A stretch of 64,000 bases of DNA from Eledone cirrhosa (lineage: Eukaryota): assembly GCA_964016885.1 (NCBI GenBank), contig OZ024741.1, forward strand, positions 214,272,001-214,336,000. The letters run 5' to 3'. Both the position numbers and the translations under genes were made by a program. Below are positions 40,525 through 55,248 of the stretch, in pieces; position 1 is the first letter of the stretch; every line of letters begins with the position of its first letter. The notes beneath the pieces were generated by a model, which was given only the letters and a program-made list of their open reading frames with translations, was not told the origin of the DNA and did no database searches.

Positions 40525-41035
40525 TAAATTAGAGTTGAGTGAAGCTGAGTATTTGAGTGGAACTTGAGTGAGACATAAATGAGGGATGAGTAAATGTTTA
40601 AGTGAGAGCTGAGTGATTGAGTGAGACCTAAGAGCTGAGTAAGTGTTTGAGTGGTACCTAAGTTCTGAGTAAGTGCTTGAGTGGAAGCTGAGTGAGAGCT
40701 GAGTAGGTGTTTGAGTGGAACCTGAGTAGGAGCTGTGTGTTTGTGTGGAACCTGAGTGAGAGTTGAGTAAATGTTTGAGTGGAACCAGCGTGAAAGCTGA
40801 GTAAGTATTTGAGTGGAACCAGCGTGAGAGCTGAGTAAGTGTTTGAGTGGAACCTGAGTGAGAGCTGAGTATTTGAGTGGAACCAGCGTGAGAGCTGAGT
40901 GAGTGTTTGAGTGGAACCTAAGTGAGAGCTGAGTATTTCAGTAGAACCTGAGTGAGACTTGAGTAAGTGTTTGAGTGGAGCCGGAGTGAGAGATAAATGA
41001 GAGATGAATAAGAGTTAAATTAGAGTACAGTGAGA
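40525..41035. repeat. ~30-34-bp minisatellite (GAGTGGAACCTGAGTGAGAGCTGAGTAAGTGTTT)
   Basis: More than 10 degenerate units visible. Confidence 0.9.
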
Positions 41036-41123
41036 GAAGCCAATTAGAAAATAGCGGGGATTCCTTTGTGAAACCACGGCTAAACATCTGGTGTAGTGTA
41101 ACATGGTGATTAACTAGAGTAGA

Positions 41124-41880
41124 GGTGGTGTGGTGGTGGTGTGGTGGTGGTGTGGTTGTGGTGGTGGTGGTGTGGTGGTGTGGTTGGGGTGGTGGTGGTG
41201 TGGTGGTGTGGTTGGGGTGGTGGTGTGGTGGTGGTATGCTGGTGGTGGTGTGGTGTGGTTGTGGTGGTGGTGGTGTGGTGGTGTGGTTGGGGTGGTGGTG
41301 GTGTGGTGGTATGGTGGTGTGGTGGTGTGGTGGTGGTGTATTGGTGGTGTGGTGGTGTGGAGGTGTGTTTGTGGTGGTGGTGTGGTAGTGGTGGTGATTA
41401 ACTAGAGTGGTGGTGGTGAAGGTGGTGTGGTGGTGGTGGCGGTGGTGTGGTGGTGGTTGTTGTTATTGTGGTGGTGGTGGTTGTTGTTATTGTGGTGGTG
41501 TGGTGGTGGTTGTTGTTGTTATTGTGGTGGTGGTGGTTGTTGTTATTGTGGTGGCGGTATGGTGGTGGTGGTTGTGGTGGTGGTGGTGGAGATGGTGTGG
41601 TGTGGTGGTGGTGGTGGTGTGGTGATGGTGTGGTGTTGTTGGTCTGGTGGTGGGGTTGTGGTGGCGGTGTGGTAGTGTGGTTGTTGTTGTTGTTGTTGTG
41701 GTGGTGGTGGTGGTGTTGATGATATGAGTGTTAGTGGTGACTGTTGTGGTGGCTGTAGTGGTGGTATAGCTGTTAGTGGTGGTGGTGTCGGCGTCGGTAT
41801 TAATAGTGGTGGCATGAGTATTAATGGTGGTTGTTGAGATTGTTGTCGTGATTATAGTCGTTGTGATGGTGTCGGTGTAG
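41124..41880. repeat. (GGT/GTT)n low-complexity tract
   Basis: Directly visible. Confidence 0.95.
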
Positions 41881-42564
41881 AAGATGTTGATGTGGTAGAG
41901 CGTCGGACACCATGCTTTGTAGCATAAAATTACGGCCCTTTACGTTCTGAGTTCAAATCCCACCGAGGTTAACTTTGCCTTTCATCCTTAAGGGGTCGAT
42001 AAAATAAAGTATCAGTAATACCCTCAGGTCGATTTAATTAACTCTCCCCTCCCCCCAAAATTTCAGGCCTTGTGCCTATACTAGAAATCCTTATTATTAT
42101 TATCTCCCCATACCACCTATCTAGGATTAAATTTGAGTGATTGGGAAGAGAGTAGCGTTACATTGGAATGCTAGGAGACATTCCGTTAAGAAAAGATTGT
42201 AACATGTTTCAGAAAGACCAGACGTAGTATGCTAAATAGAAACATGTTTTACTTAAAGGCACCATTCCAAACTTGCCTGATAATCTGAAGAGCTGCAAGT
42301 GTGATTACATATGCAAAGGATCGATGCTACCATTTAGTTGACTCGGGCGCAGACATATTAAAGGCACGCAATATTAAACTTTGAAGTAGACTCGAGCAAA
42401 CTTTCTGAATAGCACGTCAAATTTCAAAACTGCCTTCATTTTTTTTATTAGTGCGGCCCGCCTCATGATGAGCCATATCTTATGCGGCCCACTTTTCCAC
42501 TTTTATACATGCGATCGGTAAATATATCATTAAATAGCTTTGCCGTGTAATAGTATAATTCTGG

Positions 42565-42659
<95 letters not shown>

Positions 42660-42719
42660 ATTCTCACGTTCATTCTCTCTCACCTCCTCAACCGCTCCAT
42701 CCTTATATAGATATATATG

Positions 42720-43028
42720 GTGGCACTCCGTCGGTTACGACGATGAGTGTTCCACTCGATACGATCAACGGAACAGCCTGGTTGTGAAAGTAACGTGCAA
42801 GTAGCTGAGCATTCTACAGACACGTGTACACTTAACGTAGTTCTCACGTGACAGAAAGTGACAAGGTTGTCCTACGAATTACAGGTACAACTCACTTTGC
42901 CAGCTGAATGGACTGAAACATCGTGAAATAAAATGTCTTGATTAAGGGACACAACAACCCGCTGGGCATTGAACTCGCTGCCTTACGATCGTGATCTGAA
43001 TACCCTAACTATAAAGCCACATGCCTTC
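42720..43028 (-). mobile_element. CORE-type tRNA SINE, long form
   Basis: - strand head GAAGGCATGTGGCTTTATAGTTAGGGTATTC..GAGTTCAATG, CORE-like block, tail ..CGTCGTAACCGACGGAGTGCCA. Confidence 0.8.
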
Positions 43029-43180
43029 ACAATAGAGTATTGGTGTTGATATATATATAGGGTGGGCCTGAATTCGCACACCAGAAGTGTGAGATGTCCT
43101 GCAAATTGTCAGCTATTAGACTCACTCAGTACCTTAAAATCACAGATGATAGGATGATGAAAATGACACTTTTTATGTGG

Positions 43181-43264
<84 letters not shown>

Positions 43265-43406
43265 CGATTTCGATGTCCTGTTTTAAGCACCGAAACATCT
43301 ATGATCGTAGTTACCAGCTGATGAAGGGTTTCTTCTCTTGTTTACGTCCATATTACTATATTGTACTTTGTTTACAGTAGCCACACAGTCCGCTACGTTT
43401 CTTGTA

Positions 43407-43459
<53 letters not shown>

Positions 43460-43461
<2 letters not shown>

Positions 43462-44036
43462 CTGGTCGTTTTGGAATCCTCAACAATGCAGATGGGTGTA
43501 TCTCCGGGTAACAGAATCAGGTGGTGATGAGAGAGTTGTAAGAGGAAATGTAGAGTGAGACGTAGAGTGAGACGTAGAGTGTGTAGAGGAACGTAGGAAG
43601 GAGTGTAAAAATAATAACACGAGTTAGAGTTACCTTGGAAGAGATTTAATTTTCCCTATATTTCGGATTTCGCATCCATCAACTGGAGGTTTTCCGATGG
43701 TGTACGTACACAAACGGCATACAAGAGAGGCCACGTGTTGTCCCTCTCCGACTAAAAACTTTCCCCATCGGAAAATCCCCAGTTGATGTATTCGAAATCC
43801 GAAATACAGGGAAAAATTAAATCACATCCAAGGTAACTCTATCTCGTGTTATTATTTTTACACTCTTTCCTACGTTCCTCTACACACTATACGTCTCAAT
43901 CTACATTTCCTCTTACATCTCTCTCATCACCACCTGATTCTGTTATCCGGAGATTTACCCATCTGCATTGTTGAGGCTTCCAAAATGACCAATGTTATTA
44001 TTATTCCACAATGCTTCAAGCAAACTTCAACACTCT
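43460..44036. mobile_element. Family E fold-back element (~230-bp imperfect arms) in (TA)n
   Basis: About 43464-43700 pairs with about 43765-43990; both arms carry the CAGUUGA..GAAAUA hammerhead-like motif near the centre. Confidence 0.85.
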
Positions 44037-44769
44037 CACATATATATATATATATGCAGGTCAATAGATAAGAGGTTTCATTACTATACGTTAGAGAGCA
44101 GTGAATATTTGCACGTGACTCTCTTATTTTTTTATGTATTGCATGTTCCTATTGTTTTTCTCTGTGAATGGTAAGCATTTTTATTAACTCTAACGTAACC
44201 TATGATTCTACACTGACAGAAACGGCTGTCAGCTTAAACATGCTTTAATGCTTGGTGTCATTTAAAATTATATATATATATAAATATATATATATAGGAA
44301 AAAGTATGACCCCGACGGCAGAGCTCAAGCCGTTTTGACGGCTATTTCTTGACTGAGCCACCACGATGCGGATAACTATAAGTAAATTAGTGGACAAAAA
44401 TACGTAAATGTAGCAAGCTTTGTCTACACAGATATGCGTGTGTTGGTGTTTAATTATAAATGTCTTTGGCAGTGTACAGTATGTTATATTAATAAAGTAT
44501 TATTGCCTGATGAGAGACAACACTGGCTGTCACTTGAATAAAATATAAATATATATCGTTTGTTTATAATTTCGATATGAATATATGCGTGACGGTGAAT
44601 GTGTATGTATATATATTTAAGTCGTTGTGCAACTTCAGCTAAATATTATGCAATCCCACCATATATGCATATATGTGTGCGTTTGTATGTGTATATGTCT
44701 AATTACATACAAAATAAACAGAGGCTTAGGGAACCATATGAAAACTAGGATTCCATATATATATATATT

Positions 44770-44905
<136 letters not shown>

Positions 44906-45019
44906 TAATAAAAGGAATTCCAACTTTGTCTGATTTACTCGTTTTATTTATAATCCTTTAAAATTATAATGGTATTAGAATGAAATAGTATGGTAGAATA
45001 TTAAATGTTAAGTGTTAAT

Positions 45020-45058
45020 TGAACAAGTACTTTCATGCTTTCGCAATCTTCAGGTTCA
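45020..45058 (-). ncRNA. Minimal type-I hammerhead ribozyme (family G)
   Basis: UGAAC-CUGAAGA-U-UGC gaaa GCA-U-GAAAG-UA-CUU|GUUCA, within an element at about 44903-45092 flanked by (TA)n. Confidence 0.85.
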
Positions 45059-45210
45059 TATTCTGTTGTGACAGTCAAGTTTGCAAATTTCAATATATAT
45101 ATATATGTAATATATATATATATGTAAAAGGTAAACAGAAATAACAACACAATCGGTACAGTATATGGAAGGGATATATAAGGTTAACGCTTGATATAGC
45201 AGGAAGAGTG

Positions 45211-45246
45211 TCTTAACGTTTCGGACGCTAGTCCTTCATCAGAAGA
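45211..45246 (-). ncRNA. Minimal type-I hammerhead ribozyme (family D, intact)
   Basis: UCUU-CUGAUGA-A-GGAC uagc GUCC-GAAAC-GUU|AAGA; stem III is the loopless palindrome AACGUU. Confidence 0.82.
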
Positions 45247-45854
45247 AAGAATGAGAAATAAGATAAATTGAGGGGATGGGCAGGTTGGAATTGAAAAACA
45301 TGTCTTTAGATAAAAATAACAGGTCCATTGATGTTGACACACACACAAAACACACACACACACACATATATATAATATATGGATATATCCAATGCTGTTT
45401 GAATTGTTATACATAGAAATATCTATCTATTTTCCTATCTATCTATCTGTCTATCTATCTATCTATCTATCTGTCTGTCTATCTATCTATCTATCTATCT
45501 GTCTGTATATCTATATATATGTGTATCGGTCTGTGTGGGTGTGTGGGTGTGTGTGTATGTGTGTATGCACGCATATGTGTGTGTCTCCTATTAAAATTCC
45601 CTTCCCATCCCCATCTATATGCCGGCCATAGCTACAATTTAAGTAATTACTGTTTAGTTCTATCGTTGACATAGCGGAAGTGATTGCCAGTTTCTACATC
45701 CGAAAGAAAGAAAAAAATAAACATATATCTAAAAATTGTGAAATTTCCCACCAGAGGGCATTCCGATAGATTCATAGCATTTGTCAGAGAATTTTGAAGT
45801 TTGTCAGCGTTGAATAACCATGAATAACCACTAACAACCTCCCCCCTCTGCCCC

Positions 45855-45964
<110 letters not shown>

Positions 45965-46718
45965 ACTGCCTTTCTCAGTTTTTTTATATCTCACACTATT
46001 TCTCTCTGTCTCCTCACCTTTCACCCTCTCTTTCATTTTCCCTTTCATTTTCTACGCTATCGCTCTCTCTCTCTCTCAACATCTCTCTCTCTCTCTCTCA
46101 ACACCCCCTCTCTCTCTATCTCTCAACACCTCTCTCTCACTCACTCTCTCTCTCAACACCTCTCTCTTTCTCAACACCTCTCTCTCTCTCAACACCTCTC
46201 TCCCTCTCTCTCTCTCTCTCGGTCTTCCTCTCCAATTTTGATTTATGAAGTGCGTATCTATATATAATTATATTTATGTATGTGTATATGTAAATATGTA
46301 TATGTGTGTATTTATGTCTCTTACTCTCACGTACAGTCCCCCCTTACTTTTACCCTCTCTCCCTCTCTACCCCACTCTCACTCTCTCATGTGTCTGTGTA
46401 TAAATATGTATATATATATATACACCCCCTAACCCCGAAAAAAAAAAACACATGTCTGAGTCTTTACAATACAAATTCAAAACAATGGCCGAACAGAACT
46501 AAGAAAACGGGGTAAAAAAAGCAAGCAAGAAAAAACAGACAGTCCCATCTCCTCAGTCAGCCTCTGGATATTATTACAGTTTCGGTTAATTAATATTGAT
46601 ACTACTCATGCCAGCACACAGGTACAGATATGTATGATAAACTTAATAAAATTAACAATGGGAAGACAAGACGAAACGAAAAACAATTTTTTAAAGGGGA
46701 ACTCTAAAGAATTATTTA

Positions 46719-46766
<48 letters not shown>

Positions 46767-46789
46767 TTTATCTAATAATTCTTTAGACT

Positions 46790-46871
<82 letters not shown>

Positions 46872-47005
46872 AAGGTCGAGTGACGCAATTTCGAGTGAAC
46901 AGCGGCCTTTAGACTCACCTGATCAATGAAACAATTGTTAATACTGTAAATAAAAACCTTTTTGTACAGCCGACCATGTTATTCTTCACCCTTTCACTAC
47001 TATAT

Positions 47006-47066
<61 letters not shown>

Positions 47067-47351
47067 CATATATATATATATATAAAGTGAGTTTTTCCAT
47101 GGAAGTTTAGAAACCAATTCCCTCCAGTGGTGTTTAAAATCTATGAATAGTACCATGGGATAGAACTGTTATAAGATCAATTAACCGAAGGTTTTAGAAA
47201 ATAAATACAATGCGTATGGGAGTGCAGTTTGTTAGTCGTGGTAGCAATAGTAACAAATGCAACAATAGTAGTTGTGGTGGTAGCTTTAGTAGTTGTTTTA
47301 TGCACTAAATGTCACCACATAACAAGGCTTTAATGCCACTCATGCAGTATT

Positions 47352-47723
47352 GATGGTGGTGGTGGTGGTTTTAGTAGGAGTAGTAGTGGCGGCGGTGGTC
47401 GTAGTAGTAGTTGTGATTGTAGTCATCGGTGTAGTGATAGTAGTACTGGTCGTCGTCGTAGTAATAGTTGTAATGGTGGTCTTCGTTCAACTACTACTAC
47501 TACTACTACTACTAGTAGTAGTAGTAGTAGTAGTAGTAGTAATTGTGATGGTGGTCGACGTACTAGTAGTAGTTGTGGTGCTGGTAGCAAAGGTAGTAGT
47601 AGTATTGGTGTCTGTAATAATAGGTGTAGTGGTGGTGGTGGTGGGTATAGTCGTAGCAGTAGTAATAGTAGTAGTAATAGTGACATTTATAGTAGCAATA
47701 ATGCTGTTAGTAGTAGTAGCAGC

Positions 47724-47786
<63 letters not shown>

Positions 47787-47865
47787 CAGAATCAGCAAAA
47801 ATATTAGTATTGGCTGTGGTGTTGGTGGTAATGGTGGTTTCGCCGGTGGTTGTCGTCGTAGTAAC
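47352..47865. repeat. (GTA/GGT)n low-complexity tract
   Basis: Directly visible. Confidence 0.95.
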
Positions 47866-48215
47866 CGTATCATGAGGAATATGGAATAAGTCCACCCCAC
47901 CCGCACCCCACCCAAAAAATATGCAAAAACAAACACCATAAAATGTAAAAAAAATAAGAAAGAAAGAAAAAGGATACAGCACAATACGAAGCGAAATACT
48001 AAAAAACGAGAAATGGTAAAACCGAAATGCGAAATGAATAATTGTAAAATTACGAGTTAAATTTCTGTATGGTTCGTAACTTTATAGCATATTAAATCTG
48101 CTGCTGTGGCGGCCATCTTGTTTTATTATTTGATTTCATTTTCTGTTTGTTTAGTTTATATTTTCTGCCATTACGTGGTGTTAGCCATTTTGTATTAAAA
48201 CAAATGGCTACTCCC

Positions 48216-48292
<77 letters not shown>

Positions 48293-48509
48293 CTCTCTCT
48301 CTCTTTCGCGTTCTCTCTGTCCCTCCTCTCTCTCTCTCTTATTATTTCTTTGTCATATTTCTCGTTTTGACCTCCACTTCCACACACACACAGAGAATGT
48401 TTATATATATATATATATATATATCCTTGTATGTCTCTCACTTCTCATTCTCTTTTTCTGGCTATCTTTACACTTCTCTTTGCCCCCCCTCTCTCTATCT
48501 ATCTATCTC

Positions 48510-48576
<67 letters not shown>

Positions 48577-49257
48577 CCTTTCAACTGCCTATTATCCTCT
48601 ATTCCCTCTTTTTCTCGATATCTCTCGTCTTCTCTTTCTCTCCCCCCGCCCCTCTTTCCATCTCTTTGTAAATGTGTCTTGGTTCGAGTTTCTCTTTTAT
48701 CTATTATTTTTAACGTTCTAGCATCATCATCATCATCATCAATATGATCATCGTCATCATTATCATCATCATCATCATCATTATCAATTTCATCATCATC
48801 ATCATCATTATCATCAGTATCATCGTCATCAGTCTCATCGTCGTCACCAACATCATCGTATCGTTGTCATCCTCAAAAGCACCGTCACCATCCGTAGCAT
48901 TATAATCATCATCGCCATATTTATTATGGTCATCAGCATTTCTATCGCCATTCTCATCAACGCTATCATCATCATCATCATCATCATCGATCAATCAGTT
49001 ATTATTGCGATTGTTTTCTCTTTTATCTATTATTTTACAATACCATGTAACAATAACAATAATAATATTAATCATAATCAAACTAAATTAAAAAATCAGA
49101 CATATATATATATATATATATGAATTACTTCATTTATATATATACATATATATATATATGTTGTTATACTTTGGGAGGGTCATGTTGCCAATATATATAT
49201 ATATATATGGTTGTGAGTATATTTGTATATATATATAGGTGAGTGTGTATAATTAAA

Positions 49258-49299
<42 letters not shown>

Positions 49300-49339
49300 T
49301 ATATATATATTTATATATATATATATTTATATATATATA

Positions 49340-49392
<53 letters not shown>

Positions 49393-49418
49393 ATATGTAT
49401 GTATATATATATATATAT

Positions 49419-49499
<81 letters not shown>

Positions 49500-49593
49500 C
49501 ATATATATGTATATATACATATATATATATACATATATATGTACATATACATACATGTATATATATATACATATACATCTATATATATATACA

Positions 49594-49626
<33 letters not shown>

Positions 49627-50108
49627 ATTAAAATAGTAAATATTATTTTAATTTTCAATATTATTGTTGTTGTTATTGTTGTTGTTATTGTTGTTATTTT
49701 ATTGCTATTTCTGTCTTGTTTTCTTCTCTTTATTGTATTTGGATATTTTATTCGTTTTTATGCAAAATTTCAGCTGTAAAGGTTTCTAAAAGTAAATTAT
49801 CGGTCACACATACACGCATGCACTCACGCACGCACAAACACACACCTAAATGCACACGCTCACACACACACATATTCTCTCTAGCTTTCTCTCTATTTTT
49901 TCTCTCTCTTACACACACACGCACTCTCTCTCTCCACCTCTTCCTTATATACACACATATGCATATACACAGACGCTCACACACACATATATATATATAT
50001 ATATATACACATACACAGACGCTCACACACGTACACACACATTTATATATATATATTTAATATAGAAATGGCATCTACAGGACTAGAACTGTTTCCTTCG
50101 GAAGAAAT

Positions 50109-50143
<35 letters not shown>

Positions 50144-50487
50144 AAACTCTCTCACACACACATTCCCTCTCCCTCATAAATATATACACTGCCCCACAAC
50201 AACGGAGCGCCAAGGCCAAGTTATCCAAACAAATTCCTCATCAGCCAAACACACTGTAAAATAAAATTTCGTAAGCAAGATTGGCATTGTATGATTTTGT
50301 CAAGATCGTACAATGGCCTGAAAAGATCAAAGCGGTAGAAAGTTGTGGGAGACAGTATAACAATAAAGATGCAACAGAATGGAAAACAAACACTAAAATT
50401 GGATACAAATGACATTTCCTACTTGAACATTGAAGAGTGGACAGATACGGTTAGATAAATGTCTTGCCACAGTAAACAAAGCTACAA

Positions 50488-50547
<60 letters not shown>

Positions 50548-50814
50548 TTGTGTTTGTGTGTATGTGTGTGTGTGCGTTTGTATATGTGTGTGTGTATGCG
50601 AGTATGCATATATATGTCCTTGTGTATATATACATATGTATGCGCGTGTGTGTGTGTGTGTATTGCTGTATATATATGTATATATATTCCTCGGTATGTA
50701 TATACTTGTGCGCGCGTGTGTATGCGTGTGCGTATGTGTGTGCGTGCGTGTGTGTGTGTGTGTATGTGTGTATATATATATATACATGTGTGTGTATATA
50801 TATATATGTGTGTG

Positions 50815-50914
<100 letters not shown>

Positions 50915-51168
50915 TGTGTTTGAAAAATGGAGTCCTGCATGGCTAAAAGCATATGAATGAATAAATCATATGGGCGAAGACAAGAAAATGAACGAATACA
51001 GACAGTCCCATCGCATCGGTCGATCGCTTTAAGATCGATACAATTTGCTTTACTGCACAAAATACTAACAAATGGACCAAACGATAGTCTTAACGACTTT
51101 ATACAAAGAAGAGATTTGCTACTAAAACATGACCAGCAACTGAAAAGTTATTTACCAGGCCCACTATG

Positions 51169-51214
<46 letters not shown>

Positions 51215-51220
<6 letters not shown>

Positions 51221-51441
51221 ATACTTTGGGAGGGTCATGAGGCCAATAAGAAACACACGCACCAGTTGCTTTCACTTCAATTTATTATAATAAATTTATA
51301 AATTTATTATAATAAATTGGCGTGAAAGCAACTGGTGCGTGTGTTTCTTATTGGCAACATGACCCTCCCAAAGTATAACAATATCGGTTTCAACACACGT
51401 TGTCAGATAAAGAATCTTGCAAAACAAATTCAGAAACGAAA
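51215..51441. mobile_element. Fold-back copy of the PLE 3' tail
   Basis: 51215-51298 is inverted against 51300-51382; the right arm continues as 23115-23251. (TA)n on both sides. Confidence 0.85.
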
Positions 51442-51873
51442 TATATATATATATATCGGAGATATTGCATAATATCGATGAGATGGTCAAGGTTTGTCAA
51501 AATATCCTGAGTTGGTTTTCTCGTTGCTTTGGTTCATATAGTTGTCACCGGTCGCAGTCTTCAATTTGACAAGCTTTCTATTACTCTAAGGTACAACCTT
51601 ATCGAGTGCTTTGCTGCACATTCCGGATTGTATATCGTTAGCTTGGCCACATCCAAAGCTTCGATTTTACTGAACTTCCATTTGTATATATATATATATA
51701 TATATCTATATATATCTATCTATATATATATATATATATATAATTAGCTGACGGAACTAGCATGGGTATCACTACTAAGACCGGTTTCATCTCAGCTTAC
51801 TCAATGTTAAATAAACTCCCAGAGTATACAAATACTTATTCGCTTCGTTACAACGCACGTAAACGGGTACCTT

Positions 51874-51953
<80 letters not shown>

Positions 51954-51992
51954 TGTATATATATATATATATATATATACTGTATATATATA

Positions 51993-52520
51993 CTAGCCGA
52001 ATTACCCGCACATTGCTGCGTTTTACACATTTATTTTGGTAAGAAAATGATGATTTTTGTTGATAGTTTTTGTTGTCATAATTCTAGTAATGTTTTGCCA
52101 TAGATAAAATGTCTAAATTAGCCAAATTTTACTATAAAAGAGGGGTGCTTTTTTTGTTGATTTACTTTTAATTAATAGAAAACCCCTCGATAATAGAGGC
52201 TCCAATGCCCAAGTTATGGGCTTCCAAAATGTTCACTATGGGGGGTTTAACCCCTATTAGGGTGTCTTAATATTATTGAAGTTTGCTGAAAGTTTGTGAA
52301 TAGTCATCATATCTTGTCATTTACTTATGGTATAAATCGAAGTGAAAACATTTTCAGCGGGGTTTGTGCCCCCGGGGAACCCTTTGATTAAAATGAAATA
52401 TACTTATCCAAGTACCCTGGGCAATGTAGTTTCAGAATATATATGGTTATAGGGGTCTATCTCCAATACTATAGGAGGAGTTCGTGAACAAACAAACAGA
52501 CAGGAACTATAACTGTATAT
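51993..52520 (-). mobile_element. Non-autonomous Helitron
   Basis: - strand 3' end has hairpin CGCAGCAATGTGCG followed by CTAG|T. The 5' region TAGGAGGAG..AACAAACAAACAGACAG parallels 1597-1645. Confidence 0.65.
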
Positions 52521-52543
52521 CTCTCTCTCTATATATATATACA

Positions 52544-52633
<90 letters not shown>

Positions 52634-53140
52634 AAGAGTGAAGAATAACATGGTCAACAGTACAAAAAGGGTTTTATTTACAGTATTAACAATTGTTCGC
52701 TAAAATAATCTACAATACGGAGTATTCACAACCTCTAACTGGATTACCTATAACGATAATTTGTTATCCCATATATATATTCCCATGTCGATTCAACTTG
52801 GATTGCCTCGGAAGCATAACCTTATTATGTAACAAGCTATCTGATGATGTCACGACACTCGCACACAGAACAGTGTGGCCAGTGTCGTCATTGAAACATA
52901 TATCACACCATCCCGCCGAGGTTAACTTTGCCTTTCATCCTTACGGGGTCGATAAAATAAAGTACCAGTAATACACTGGGTAATTGCTGGCCTTGTGCCT
53001 AACGTAGAAACAATTATTCTTAAAGGACTTGAACATCTGAAATTACTTCGCTTTTACTTATTCGATATTTACTTCGTCACTCCTATGTGGAAAAAGTACG
53101 TTGAGTGCTTAAATTGAATTGCATCAATATTTACCCTAAG

Positions 53141-53172
<32 letters not shown>

Positions 53173-53334
53173 AGGTATATATAATGTGTATAAATCGAAG
53201 TTGTAGCCGGAATATACCAGTTAGCAATCGAATTGTTTGAGGCAGTCACAAAGCACTCGAGTAAACACAAAAATAAAGCGACCAAATGTATGTCATAACT
53301 AATACCACAATATCGATATATACAGACAGGTTCA

Positions 53335-53375
<41 letters not shown>

Positions 53376-53816
53376 CATCACCATCACCATAACCACCACG
53401 ACCACCATCACTAATATCACCACCAACACCACCATCACCACCATAATCACGACTACTACCATCGCCACAATAACCATCATCACCACCATCACTACCATCA
53501 CTACCATCACTACCATCACCACCACCACGGCCAACACCACCATCACCACCATAATCACAATGACCACCACCACACCCATCACAACAGCAACTATCACCCT
53601 CACCAATATCATTACCCCAAATATATCTGTTAGTTCTTACTTTGGTATTGTGTGGTTGGGTTTTGCCTACTGCAATGTTCAATTTGTCAAGCTATTTAAA
53701 CGTATGTTATTACTCTAAGGACCTACCCTTATTAAGTGCTTTGCTAACTCATTCCTATTGTAGGTCGACTTTGCTTGGCCACAGCCAAAGCTTCGATTTT
53801 ACTAAGCTTCCACTTG

Positions 53817-53881
<65 letters not shown>

Positions 53882-54579
53882 GTATGTATATATATATGTA
53901 AGTATCGTTGTATGTATCTCTCTCTATATATATATATGTATATATGTATATATGTATGTAATCTGCGTTTATATTTGACATTGAAACCAACGAAAGTCGG
54001 TCTGTCTCTTTTCTAACATAGATTCTTATCAGTTCATGTCTTTGGCAATGGAACAACGGAGACAAGGAAATCTCTACAACCACACCATTCCCAAGGCCAA
54101 CGTTACCATTAACGCCTGCCAGGCAGTCGCCTAGGGTGTTGATATTAAAGAGACGCGCTACTGAACCTTAAAAGTCAATGTTTTATACAAATTTGTAAAA
54201 TGAAATTAAATATATAACATTTTGTTGCAATCAATATATAGATCATTAAACATATTCAACTGCATAGAAGCGTTCTGGAAATATCTGAAGCGGTGATGAA
54301 TGTGGATTGTGTAGTAGAAAATGCAGGCTTAGTAATGTTCAGAAGTGTCAAAAATGCTAGGTTTGTCAACTTATCAAATGATCACAAGGTAGATATATAA
54401 AATGAAAATGAAGAGGTAAAATTGAGTTTCTGTTTTATAACAAAGAATTCCTAACAATGACTGAACATAAAAGAATCAAACTCCCTCTGTTGCTGCTTCC
54501 ATCTCTTTCGCCCTCTCCTTCTATCGTTATTATAAGCACATGGGAGGGGGGTACGCACTGGCCGCACCACCGCCCCGGG

Positions 54580-54732
54580 GGACAGGATAGATAAGGCGTT
54601 TCCCCAGAGGACGGCGAGGGAGACGCGTTGGAAGAACCATTTCAGTTCGCCAAGCTCACACCTGCGGGTAGCCAACTCCGTGCCGATGGTGGTAAACAGA
54701 AAGATGGTCCTAGGGCCAAGGACGCCCAGAAG
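54580..54732 (-). pseudogene. CRE-clade non-LTR retrotransposon, C-terminal restriction-like endonuclease region remnant
   Basis: LGVLGPRTIFLFTTIGTELATRRCELGELKWFFQRVSLAVLWGNALSILS matches the recalled CRE C-terminal pattern G..G..a..fl..lg..l....g...E..fl.QRiS.av.RGNA.si. Confidence 0.7.
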
Positions 54733-55157
54733 GTGAAAATTATTTACTTTTGAGAGGATAAGGGACATTACTTGTAGAAGGGGACGCACGTTGTAGAACT
54801 TGCCTAAGGTGCTAAATATATAAGTACTGAATCGTGATGCGTGAGAATAGTGGTTAGTTGTTGTTTAGCCCCAGGTGGGACTGTCAAGCAAACCGAGCCT
54901 TGGTTTTAAAGATTTTCCACTCAACTTTTGTATATGTCCAGGACTACAATATTTAGTGCGTCCTCCCTTTACACTAGATTTGGTTTGAAAGAAATATATC
55001 TAGTTCGTCTCACCGGATTCATTGCGTATATACACGTTATTGTTTGGATATAAGAATAGGGATACACTGAATTAGGATTCGGTAGAGTAAGGATTATGGT
55101 TGCAGTTAGGGTTATCGCTTTCTCGTTGACTCGTTCGTGTGTGTATGAGTGCATTTG

Positions 55158-55248
<91 letters not shown>

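Noticed and set aside
44507-44540. CUGAUGA plus hairpin (similar isolated halves at 21199, 21339, 30532, 43318, 50090 and 62445)
   Set aside because: Lacks a correctly placed GAAA and stems I/III; at best decayed or truncated.
46875-46945. Family F motifs resembling hammerheads on both strands
   Set aside because: Only the GAAAC-AAUU-GUU and GAAAU..GUC halves fit; no canonical CUGANGA at the right spacing.
47350-47984. Poly-Val / poly-Thr ORFs (similar cases at 41125-41815, 48710-48994 and 53136-53718)
   Set aside because: Trinucleotide low-complexity repeats.
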